From the human T2T-CHM13v2.0 reference genome, Homo sapiens, in the NCBI RefSeq assembly GCF_009914755.1, contig NC_060930.1: a stretch of DNA of 64,000 bases. One strand, written 5' to 3'. This document shows, one piece after another, positions 1-11,427 of this stretch. The notes below the pieces were generated by a model. It was not told where the DNA came from and made no database searches. It saw only the letters and a program-made list of their open reading frames with translations. Position numbers and translations under genes: made by a program. Each line of letters starts with the position of its first letter. Positions within the stretch are counted from its first letter, which is position 1.

Positions 1-354
1 TAGATAACATAATTGGCACGGTCAGGGAAATCAAATCACTTTTGCTGTATTTTCTTGGTTAGAGAAAGCAATTTCACATGAGCATGTACAGGAGGTGGTG
101 GGAGGTCACTGGGCCGGGGGGGTGGGGGTCACCTTCATGTCTGTCCATGCCCCGTTTAACAAATTAGGAGAAAGAGCTTTCATAAAATTAAAGTTTCAGA
201 AATGGTAACTCAATATATAACATTAGTTGTCAAGTGCTCAGGCTATTTTTCAAAAATATAAACACATGTTTCAGTTTAGGTACGTGAATATTTGAACACT
301 TCCTTGGAGTCCTCCTTTTAAAATTTCAAATAAGTCATTTTATAGCTTGGGAGA

Positions 355-708
355 TGATATGGTTTGGCTGTGTCCCCACCCAAATCTCAACTTGAATTGT
401 ATCTCCCAGAATTCCCACGTGTTGTGGGAGGCACCTAGAAGGAGGTAATAGAATCATGGGGGCTGGTCTCTCTCGTGCTATTCTCATGATAGTGAATAAG
501 TCTCATGAAATCTGATGGGTGTATCAGGGGTTTCCACTTTTGCTTCTTCCTCATTTTCTCTTGCCACCACCATGTAAGAAGTGCCTTTCACCTCACGCCA
601 TGATTCTGAGGCCTCCCCAGTCATGTGGAACTGTAAGTCCAATTAAACCTCTTTTTGTTCCCAGACTCAGGTATGTCTTTATCAGCAGTGTGAAAATTGA
701 CTAATACA
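355..708 (+). mobile_element. THE1A solo LTR (ERVL-MaLR)
   Basis: Starts TGATATGGTTTGGCTGTGTCCCCACCCAAATCTCAAC and ends CTAATACA. Has the THE1A-type TATCAGGGGTTTCC..TTTTGCTTCTTCCTCATTTTCTC segment. Perfect 5-bp TSD GGAGA at 350-354 and 709-713. Confidence 0.93.
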
Positions 709-922
709 GGAGATATTAAGAAATAAATACCAGATGTAACCAGAAACTGAGTTTCTGTTTATTCTGGCATGTTAAACTTTACAAGATTAGAATATGTTAC
801 ACAAACAGAAACATGTCTTGCTTTAATGAGTGTATATATTCCTTTCTAACTTGAATTTATTCCCTATGATTTCTTAGAGCAAGAACGTATTATAGAAGCA
901 GTTAACTAAAAGGCTCACTACG

Positions 923-982
923 GTTAATTCTGCAGAAAGAAATAGAAGTTTACAGAAGTTAATTCTGCAGAAAGAAATAGAA
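923..982. repeat. 25-bp direct duplication GTTAATTCTGCAGAAAGAAATAGAA (x2, 10-bp spacer)
   Basis: Identical copies at 923-947 and 958-982. Confidence 0.9.
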
Positions 983-1659
983 AGGATTAATTGTTCCTAA
1001 GTAAGCCAAGTTATCTCTACAAATTGTTTAAAACAAATATTAGAAGGAAAACAATAATTAAGAGAAGATCTTAAGAAGACACCTAATCTAGTTCTTATTA
1101 ATATTTTTCATTTCTGATTTTGATATTATATGAATAATGAAAAATCCCTCATTTGAAAAAACTTTATATGTTATACAGGACACAAGAGAGGCAAAAATGA
1201 TTTTTGTAAATTCCAGCCAGTCTCCAAGAGACTATGATCATAATAAAAGCAATGGCAATGGCATCACCTTGCATTAGTATAAAACCGGTTTGTCTACAAA
1301 TCGCTTTCACATGTCCCAAGCCAACCTTGATTTCCAGTGAAAATCTGTTAATGCTGTGTTCTATAGAGCTCTGAGCCACACATGGATTACTTGGTCATGT
1401 GTTGATAATTTGTTCATGTGTAACTGCAGAACTGTTTCCCAACAAAACCCTGGCCCCAAGCCCAAGTATTCACTGGGTTCTCACATGTAACTACTTGGGT
1501 ATATCTTGATGATTACATCATGCATTTTCATAAGAGTATCCATTTTATCTAACGATTTGTTAATCATCAAAACAAGGATCTTCCCTCATTTTGTAATAGA
1601 ACAACTGAAGTCCATGCTTTTCTTGGAAAATATAGTCATATTTTAGTAAAAGTGTGATC

Positions 1660-2330
1660 ACAAGGCTGGGCAGAGTTAGCTGGGTAAGTTTGACTCTGCT
1701 CTATGTGGGGTCAGCTCGGATGGTTCAGTGGGACTGAATGGTTTCTTTTCAACGTGGCTCTTTTGCATGGCCGAGTGGATGCTGAATATAAGCTGAGGTC
1801 AGTGGGCTGGTGTTCTTAGTTCTTCTTAACAAGGGGGTGCCCTAGAGCAGTGGCCCCCAACCTTTTTAGTTGTCTGTCATTGTCAACATGCACAGGTTTG
1901 ACGGAAGACAGTTTTTCCAGGGACCCAGTGGGATAGTTTCAGGATAAAACTGTTCCACCTCACATCATCAAGCATTAGATTCTCATAAGGAGCGTGCAAC
2001 CTAGATCCCCCGCATGCACAGTTCACAATAGAGTTCTTGCTCCTAGGAGAATCTCATGCTGCCACTGATTTGACAGGAGGTGGAGCTCGGGCTGTAATGC
2101 TTGCTCGCCTACTGCTTATCTCCTGCTGAGTGGCCTGGTTCCTAACAGGCCACCCCTGCTGGCCCAGGGCTTGGGCACCGCTGCCCTAGGGCACAGTAGG
2201 TGCTTTCTAAAGGTGACTACCCTAAGAGAGAGGAAGTAGAAACTTCCAGTTTCTTAAGGCCTGAGCCTGGAAATGGGCAGAGTGTCATTTCTAACACGTT
2301 CTATTAGTGAAGCAGTCACAGAGCTCAGAT
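1660..2330 (-). mobile_element. Old MLT1 (MLT1G/H-like) LTR split by MER1B
   Basis: Degenerate matches to MLT1 motifs on both sides of MER1B (ctgggc..agctggg..ctgctctatgtggggtcagct; ttaaggcctgagcctggaa..gtcatttc..ttctattagtgaagcagtcacag). Boundaries approximate. Confidence 0.6.
1848..2183 (+). mobile_element. MER1B hAT-Charlie non-autonomous DNA transposon
   Basis: Termini CAGTGGCCCCCAACC...TTGGGCACCGCTG. Internal ATCATCAAGCATTAGATTCTCATAAGGAGCGTGCAACCTAGATCCC. 8-bp TSD CCCTAGAG/CCCTAGGG. Confidence 0.9.
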
Positions 2331-2461
2331 GTGCTAAAAGAGGTTGGTATTTAAAGAAAATAATTCTAACAGCACATCGTGTCACGTTTTCATCTGGCAT
2401 TTCACTGGACGGTATTCGACATTTGCAGTTTAATATTTTGTGCCCTTGAGCACTGCCACCC

Positions 2462-2536
2462 TTAGGAAGGTGTTTGGTGCTGTCCATGCCCTCATCTGTG
2501 AAATGGGGGCAGAGACAGCACCAAACACCTTCCTAG
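2462..2536. repeat. Inverted repeat / pre-miRNA-like hairpin around a MIR core
   Basis: Perfect 22-bp arms at 2463-2484 and 2514-2535, plus a 9-bp inner stem and 7-nt loop. Confidence 0.9.
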
Positions 2537-2870
2537 TAGATCAGCTCTTCTTAGCCTCACCTCTTGTCACTCTATTCCCAGCATTTTCCCCACTTTCTGA
2601 CAATGTGGCCCATTTTGATTTTCCTTTATTGTTATTCAAAATACCTTAGTAATATATGCTTTATTAAAGGCCTTTAGATAATTTAAATATCATGAAACAG
2701 TAATGTATCTCATGGAATATAGTTTACAGACACCTAAACAATACAACAGCACTAATTCTTCTGGTTCTCCAAAAGTCCAATAGGATCCCTCTTAAATTTC
2801 CATCAGGTCATGGGCATGGGCAGACAGTATCTGTGAACTTATCAGTGGATTCCAATTATTTTACTGAATT

Positions 2871-3170
2871 TAATTTTTTTTTTTTTTTGAGATGGAGTCT
2901 CGAGCTGTAGCCCAGGCTGGAGTGCAGTAGTGCGATCCTGGCAAACTGCAACCTCTGCCTGCCGGGTTCAAGTGATTCTTGTGCCACAGCCTCCGAGTAG
3001 CTGGGATTACAGGCACATGGCACCACACCCACTAATTTTTGTATTTTTTCAGTAGAGATGGGGTTTTACCATGTTGGCCAGCCTGGTCTCGAACTCCTGA
3101 CTTCAAGTGATCCACCTATGTCGGCCTCCCAAAGTACTAGGATTACAGGCTTGAGCCACCGCACCCAACC
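2871..3170 (-). mobile_element. Alu (S/J type)
   Basis: Poly-T followed by an antisense Alu dimer. TSD TATTTTACT(G/T)AATT. Confidence 0.95.
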
Positions 3171-3410
3171 TATTTTACTTAATTACTCTAGTTTCTCAAA
3201 GACACTCTTCATTTCTCCTAGTGTTTGGAATCACTACCAAACACTATCATAAAGTTCTGAAAAAGCATTCATTGTTGCTAATTTTAAGTCATTGATTTTT
3301 TAATTCCTTCAACAAATAATGAGCATCTAAAAAGTGACACACATTTTGCCAGATTGTGGGGATGGAATACTGAAAGAGACTTTTGCACGTCAGGAGGATA
3401 AAAGTGATTA

Positions 3411-3803
<393 letters not shown>

Positions 3804-3954
3804 TTAATCCATAAATAATCCATTTTTATTCGTGCAATTTCCTAAATATCTCCATCCATACCACTAGTCTTGATAACACAATTCAATTGTAATATACATG
3901 TAACTGTAATGTACACAAGTTCCTGATTTCAAAGCAATGAGGATGTCAAGATGA

Positions 3955-4400
3955 TAAACAGTGGTTTTGTGCTTTGGTATCAGAATGACTGGGTTTCGAA
4001 TCTAATGGCCACTACCAGCCAAGTCAGGATGGGGGTGTTTCTGAACATCAATTTTATGATATGTAATGTGGAAATAACAATTGCACGTAACAAACAGGAC
4101 TGATAGTTAAATGAGATAAAGTAGTTAGCAAAATACCACACGCATAGTGAATATTCGATAAACGTTAGTGGGTACTGCTGAATAACCACAGTAGAACAAT
4201 ATCATCATGGAAAGAACTCAGTAGAGAAAGACTCAGAAGATCTAAGTTCAGGATGCAATTTCACTTGAGTATCACCTCATCGATTTAACATCCTCATGCT
4301 TCACTATCTTATCTGTAAAGTGTGGGTACAGGCCAAAAGAGCTCAGGGTCAAATAAGATAACAAATGAGCTAATTAATGTGAAAACCATTGAAGCTACAG
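3955..4400 (+). mobile_element. Two degraded MIR SINEs
   Basis: CTGGGTTTCGAATC, TCTGAACATCAATTTT, TAAATGAGATAA and CTTATCTGTAAAGTG core motifs. Confidence 0.6.
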
Positions 4401-4706
4401 CAAACAGGTCACACAGATAGTAGTAAATGAATGAATGGAGCAAGGGGTAGTCTTGAAACCGTCTGATAGGAGAGAGAATTGTACTCACGCTTACTCACTT
4501 TATAACAACCCCAAACCTGGGACCACTTTCAAGTAAAAGTGAACTTAAAACACAATGCTGCAGCTGCTGTTGGCCTCAGCGTTAACCAGAGCAAGTGTCT
4601 ATTCCTGTATTTATTACTCAGTACTGCCAAGTTAACTCAATGGCTGCCTAAACAGAACATCTCAGCTGGTCTTGAAAATTTTCCCAAGTACTACCTCTAT
4701 AGCTTT

Positions 4707-5025
4707 GGGTTTTTTTGTTGTTGTTTTTTGTGTGTCTGTTTTCTGAGACAGGGTCTCGCTCTGTCACCCAGGCTTGAGTGCAGTGGCACGATATGGCTCA
4801 CTGCAGCCAAAACCTCCTGGGCTCAAGCGATCCTCCCACCTCAGCCCCCTAAGTAGCTGGGACTCCAGACGTGCATCACCACACCCGGTTAATTTTTATA
4901 CTTTTTGTAGAGACAAGGTTTCGCCATGTTGGCCAGACTGGTGTGGAACTCCCGGGCTCAAGCAACCTGCCTGCCTTGGCCTCCCAAAGTGCTGGGATTA
5001 CAGGCTTGATGCCCTGCCCTCAGCC
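4707..5025 (-). mobile_element. AluJ
   Basis: J diagnostics GAGACAGGGTCTCGC and CTGGGCTCAAGCGATCCTCCC. TSD CTCTA(T/C)AGCTTT. Confidence 0.92.
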
Positions 5026-5175
5026 CTCTACAGCTTTTAAAACATAATTTGGCAGATAATTCACTTCCAATACAAAAACGTGTTTGGTATCATAAAAAGC
5101 AAGCATTTCATAATCTAATACTCAATACCATAATTTACCCACTCTGAGAAAATTATCACAAGAAAAAAGTCACAT

Positions 5176-5905
5176 GGAGAAATGCAAATCAAAATCACAA
5201 TGAGATACCATCTCACACCAGTTAGAATGGCAATCATTAAAAAGTCAGGAAACAACAGGTGCTGGAGAGGATGTGGAGAAATAGGAACACTTTTACACTG
5301 TTGGTGGGATTGTAAACTAGTTCAACCATTGTGGAAGTCAGTGTGGCGATTCCTCAGGGATCTAGAACTGGAAATACCATTTGACCCAGCCATCCCATTA
5401 CTGGGTATATACCCAAAGGACTATAAATCATGCTGCTATAAAGACACATGCACACGTATGTTTATTGCCGCATTATTCACAATAGCAAAGACTTGGAACC
5501 AACCCAAATGTCCAACAATGATAGACTGGATTAAGAAAATGTGGCACATATACACCGTGGAATACTATGCAGCCATAAAAATGATGAGTTCATGTCCTTT
5601 GTAGGGACATGGATGAAACTGGAAATCATCATTCTCAGTAAACTATCGCAAGAACAAAAAACCAAACACCGCATATTCTCACTCATAGGTGGGAATTGAA
5701 CAATGAGATCACATGGACACAGGAAGGGGAATATCACACTCTGGGGACTGTTGTGTGGTGGGGGGAGGGGGAGGGATAGCATTGGGAGATATACCTAATG
5801 CTAGATGACGAGTTAGTGGGTGCAGCACACCAGCATGGCACATGTATACGTATGTAACTAACCTGCACAATGTGCACATGTACCCTAAAACTTAAAGTAT
5901 ATAAA
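5176..5905 (+). mobile_element. L1PA2-like LINE-1, 5'-truncated (ORF2 C-terminus with frameshift + 3'UTR)
   Basis: ORF 5182-5604 is the ORF2 C-terminus ([35 protein letters not shown]). The 3'UTR has GAGATCAC, GAATATCAC, GAG (not ACA/ACG) and CTTAAAG diagnostics. TSD AAAAAAGTCACAT at 5163-5175 and 5906-5918. Confidence 0.93.
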
Positions 5906-6019
5906 AAAAAAGTCACATTTCTTAAGAATAATTCTCATTAGTGTAAGTGAAGTGACTCGTCCTCCACGAAAATGCAGCTCCGCTGGGTTTTGACACAGTC
6001 AATCACCATCATTACTTAC

Positions 6020-6111
6020 CGAGTCCCTCCATGCAGGGTGTACCTATGTTAAACCAATGAAATGCCAACAACGCGTTTCCCCCTTCACAACTTCCAGTCA
6101 CCAAACTATTC
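6020..6111 (-). other. Candidate 92-nt spliced exon (open frame NSLVTGSCEGGNALLAFHWFNIGTPCMEGL)
   Basis: Minus strand reads catcttgtggttcAG|G...CTCG|GTAAGT. Strong donor, moderate acceptor, non-repeat sequence. Protein not recognised. Confidence 0.33.
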
Positions 6112-7235
6112 CTGAACCACAAGATGCCTTCAGTTATATTACTATGTGTTGACAGCTTTGCTGTAGGTACATCACAGGGATAGCAGAATTGAAACAGCAG
6201 TGATTTTTTTTGTTGTTCCGTTTCATAGAATTTAAACAATGGAGACAATAAAGCCTTACAGATCTGGTGATTCACATGAACGCACTCTTAACGGATTTAA
6301 TTTAGGAGAACCATATGATTATCTTCGTCTGTTCAAGCTTCCTTTACTAAAAATAGTCTGGCTGTTGCATGGAGGAAAGTTTGCTGTAGCTCAGATTAGA
6401 GGCAGTTTCAGGCAGCAAAATATGTTTCTAGCTGTTGAGATGGTAGCACTCATTTCAATTCATGGCATGTAAATCTATTTGAATAATATTTATCATCATA
6501 TAAAGATTCATAGTTACCTCAGCTGGCTTTATGATCTTGATAATTATGACTGGAACTCAACTATGCTTATTAAATAAGAAGTTTATTAGATTTCCAGTGA
6601 ATGCTCAGATACCATCATCATCATAGAAATATTATTATTTAGTTCTCAAAATTAAGCTTTATGAATAACACATCACATTTTGGTGTGTAGTATAGTACTC
6701 TAACTCCCCACATAAAACTTAACTTGATCGCCTGCATTTATTTTTAAGAAAGGGAAAGGTACAAATAACATCGGATTATGGTTAAAATTATAAAAAGTCC
6801 ACATTGTATTTAATTTTCTATTGCTTCTATATAATGTACTGCCCGTGAATATGTATTATCAATCTGGGCTGACTATCTTGACCACTGGTCAACAACTATC
6901 TTGACCACTCCAACAACGTTTTGGAGTGGTGGAGGTGAGAAAGGCATGTATCACTGAAGTAAGAAGCTGGCTAGATAAGGACTTAGCAAGGACTATAAGG
7001 AAAAGTGCTTTTCAAGGGTCCTAAAGGGCAACAGAACTTAGGCCCCCCAGTGAAACATTAAACACGTATGTAACGAGCAGGCTTCCAATCATCTGAGAGC
7101 TAATGATGCTACCATGTATTTATAAGGTACATTTATCCCCATCTTTTCACTGAACCGTACACATTGTGGGCAGGGGTTCCTATTCTTGCCCCTTACTGTC
7201 CTGGGGTTTGTAGACATGAAAAAAGAAAGGCTTGC

Positions 7236-7541
7236 TTTTTTTTTTTTTTTTTTTTTTTAAGACAGAGTCTCACTCTGTCACCCAGGCTGGAGAACAGTGG
7301 CATGACCTCGGCTTACTGCAACCTTCATCTCCTGGCTTCAAGTGATTCTCCTGCCTCAACCTCCCTAGTAGCTGGGATTATAGGCATGTGCCCCCACACC
7401 CAGCTAATTTTTGTATTTTTAGTAGAGATGGGGTTTCACCATGTTGGCCAGACTGGTCTCGAACTCCTGACCTCAAGTGATCCCCCAGCATTGGCCTCCC
7501 AAAGTGCTGGGATTACAGGTTGCAAGCCACCTGGCCCAGCC
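7236..7541 (-). mobile_element. AluSx/Sz-type
   Basis: Poly-T plus a full antisense Alu dimer. Confidence 0.95.
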
Positions 7542-8461
7542 AAGGAAGGCCTTCTTAATCCAAAAAAAACCAAATAAGATTTGGCCAAAAGAAGAGTCAC
7601 TTTGTCCTTGGACAAGTATGTTGGCAAAGACATACATATTTTTTAATTTGTTTTAACATGGTCTGGTTTAATACACATTGTATAGATGTTCTAGTCTATA
7701 AATTTCCCTCTGAGCCTTTTCACTTCAAGATATTCCGATGCCTCTTTCTTGTTTCCTCTCTTCTATCTTTCCCCCGATTGTGTTATAATCAAAGTCCAAT
7801 CACCTCTAAAAATCATTCAGGCCTGTTTCTTTATGATCTAATCAGAGAGAAGAGGAAGTCTTAATTTTAGATGAAAACTAACTAAATTTGTAGTCATCTG
7901 GGCATTCTTAGCACTGATTTAAACCAGCTACAGTTTATTCTGAAACGTTTTAAGTTTCTCACAGGTTTCCGCAAGAATTTCCCCAAATTATTATTTTATC
8001 ATTTATCCTCCTTTTAGATCGATGTTTTTGACTTAATAAACCAACTTTTCTTAAAATTTGCTCTTGCAATGTACATGGATTTCATCAAATGAAGTGGAAA
8101 AGATTGTTGCTGAAGAACAAATAAGCTCTTGGTTATAAATCATTGACTTTCTTAACTTTTTGACATAATAATATTTTCAGGGGAACAATTTTCTTCCCCC
8201 ACATGCCTGTCATTGCTCAGAGAACTGCAACTCCCATCTTCTTCACTCACTCATCCACAACGCCGTCCACACACTCTCTGCATGATGAGTGTGTCACTTC
8301 AGTCAGAGGGAAGAGAGTGGGCAGGCTGTTGGGACTGCAAACCCGTGCTCAGATTCCCCAGACTACCTTCACCAGGAACGTGGCAGACATGGAGGCTGGT
8401 GACCCAACATCCATTTCCCTCTTGGTTCAAAAGATGGAAGGATACAGTTCATTGAAAATTG

Positions 8462-8710
8462 TTCAAATGCACAAATAATTACCACTGTATTACTGTTACC
8501 TACAGCATTCAATATAGTAACATGTTGTCCATGTTTACAGCCTCAGAGCAATAGGCTGACCTATTCTCTTGCTCTGAAAGCCTAGGTGTCTGGTAGGCTA
8601 CAGCATCTAGCTGTGTCTAAACACATGCTATGATGTTCGCACAATGACAAAATCACCTAACAACACATTGTTAGAACCTATCCCACCACAGTTCAGCAAT
8701 GCGTGACTGC
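8462..8710 (+). mobile_element. Tigger3/Golem (MER7-like) 3' end fragment
   Basis: TATGATGTTCGCACAATGACAAAATCACCTAAC...GCGTGACTG terminus. Confidence 0.8.
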
Positions 8711-8988
8711 ACTTCTACTGCCCCATGCACGTTTGCCACTTTATGGCTGTTTATTTTGTTGATGGAGAAAAATTAGTGCAAGTAAAATAGAGGGACCTGG
8801 AGGAGGTCTCTTATAAATTGATTGTGATTATTAGCTGAGTATTCTTTCAAAATAGCCCATCCCACCACTCCCACTACTAATTTTATCTATTCCATGAATG
8901 ATTAATTTTTAACAAGAATGAAAAATCCAGGATGGTTTAGGTAAGGAAAAAATTAAGAGTTTTCTTTAAAATGTTTATTTTTTATTCA

Positions 8989-9292
<304 letters not shown>

Positions 9293-11209
9293 TTATTTTT
9301 TATTCACAGTACTAGCATACACCTACATTTCAACTGATTATAGCATATGGGATAAGTTGAAATTTGATATTCCATAAACCTTTGGGTCTTTTATGTTAAC
9401 AGCTCAAACTGGCTTCATTAAAAAAAGTATCGTATCAGCCAACAGATCATGGGTTCTCAGCATCTGAAGAAATTCAACGTTCTCTCATTTTTCACGGTTT
9501 TAACTTCTCATGACTTTAGTGCATGGATACACTTGTTCAGTTGTATCCCACGGCTTCTAACATCTGACTATGCTTCTTGAGATCAGTCTGAAAGCTGAGG
9601 CATGTTCATACTTGATCTTGAAACATGCCATATTAATACATTTATTCATAGAAGTATTAGTAATTGTGATATTATTCAGGAATCAAAAAACAAAGGGAAA
9701 CACAGAGCTTGCTTGTTATCCCAAATTATGCTCTGGTTTAAGGAAATCTTTCCCCAAAATCATGTTACTTAATTTTAGCTAATTTAGATGACATCTACCA
9801 TTCTCTTACCTAAGGCCAAGAAAACAGTTATATTTTAATTAGAACTTAGTGTCAAACATTTTTAAGTTTGATAATAAAGCCACTTTTCTGGGCAATTTTG
9901 CAGGGCCTCATTTTGATTCCCTGTTACCTCAAAATGACTAAGCAAAGGAGAGCTGTATTGGGTATTTATCAAGAAAACTATAAATAATGTATTGGGAATA
10001 AATATGTGTGCCACAAACCATAAACTTGTAAAGGCTTTCTGTTCTCCTGGTGTGAATAAGATAGGGACATCACAACTCAGAGCCATTAAATGAAAAGAAT
10101 AGGGTTACTAAGCAAGATTATTAATACTCAATAATTAATACTTAATAATTAATAAATTAATACTTTAAAAAAGATTAGGTAAGATTTAATTTAATAGATC
10201 AGACCCTCCTTTACAGTCTGTCTTCACACAAAATCACAAAGTCTTACGTGACTCAAATTTCTTTTGAAGTCATCAGAGGTTGCCATTCTGGAACTCATAA
10301 GCGGTGACAGCTGATAGCCTCACAGTCATGAAGGAGGTAGAAAAGTTAACATGAAATTCCCAAAGCTCAGCACTCGAGCCTTTTCAGAAGCTGGATGGAA
10401 ATCGCTGTTCACAGCTCCACAGCACCTGACAGCATCATTCTATGAGAACAAGGTCAAGTGGAAGGTGTAGCGGAACACGAATTTGTAGTCTGAGATCTCA
10501 AGGAAATGAAGCAATCTATTTGGAAAAGCAAGGACGATAGTTGGGAACCATTAGCAACACTACAGACAGAATAGGCAGATACTCCGTTGCCCAACTCAAA
10601 AGGGAATTCATATTCTCCAAATCCTGACCTCTAGCTAGCTGTTGTTCTTGTAATTTGTAAATCGGTGTCCTCTTTTCTATACCCAAAGCCAGCATCTTAT
10701 TTTGATACATCATACTCCCTTTTGGATGACTGCAGTAACTTGTCAACTAATTTTGTGCTGTCCTTCTCAGTTCTCTCAAATGTATTCACATACCTGCCGG
10801 AGGAATATTTCCAAAGAAAAACAAAACCCTGCCCATCCCCTGTTTAAACCCCTCTCATGGTTCCCCCTTATTTCAGGACAGTTTATGCTCCCTGGTCCCT
10901 AACACAGCTCAGGAAGTCTTTTCTCATCTGCCCACTTCCCTCCTTCCCCACCTCTCTCCACCCACCTTATTGTCACCCTCTACATAGAAATCCACAGGCA
11001 CACCTATAAGGAAACATAGAGTTATGCGTGATTTTGAATCTTCCTGGAAACTTTCTCTGCTTAGAAAATTTTTTTACTTTCTAGGGTCTTTCAATCAGAA
11101 GGTCTCAGGAATGTTTAATGAGAGTAATGCATTTACAGTTAGTATAATGCTGCATTTAAGTTATGTTTATTGGAAAAATGAATTCTCAACTTTCTCAAAT
11201 ATTCCTCAC

Positions 11210-11427
11210 CTGCTCTGTGCTATTGCCTACTACAAGCACATATATCTTAAGGTCCAGGTTGACACATTTTGCTTTCCTGCTGGACATTTTCTGGTGACTG
11301 CATTTCCCTAGGATTCTTCCCCAGCAACTGAGACTGATGGAAACAAGTTTCTCAGTTTCAAATGAAGATTCAGAATAATGACTATCATCCTGTGTGTTTA
11401 TTAGAACCCGGTGAATCGAGATGATTT
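11210..11427 (-). other. Candidate 218-nt spliced exon (one open frame, IISIHRVLINTQDD...VLVVGNSTEQ)
   Basis: Minus strand reads ttctgtatttttctattgcactctctctttAG|AAATC...GAGCAG|GTGAGG. Both splice sites are strong. Protein not recognised. Confidence 0.4.

Noticed and set aside
6020-6111. 92-nt exon as the CMAH exon lost in humans, or as SAMD3-like (AFH.F.I..P)
   Set aside because: The peptide does not match CMAH as I recall it, and the SAMD3 resemblance covers only a few residues.
10115-10170. AATAATTAATACT-like repeats
   Set aside because: AT-rich low-complexity slippage with no spacer structure.
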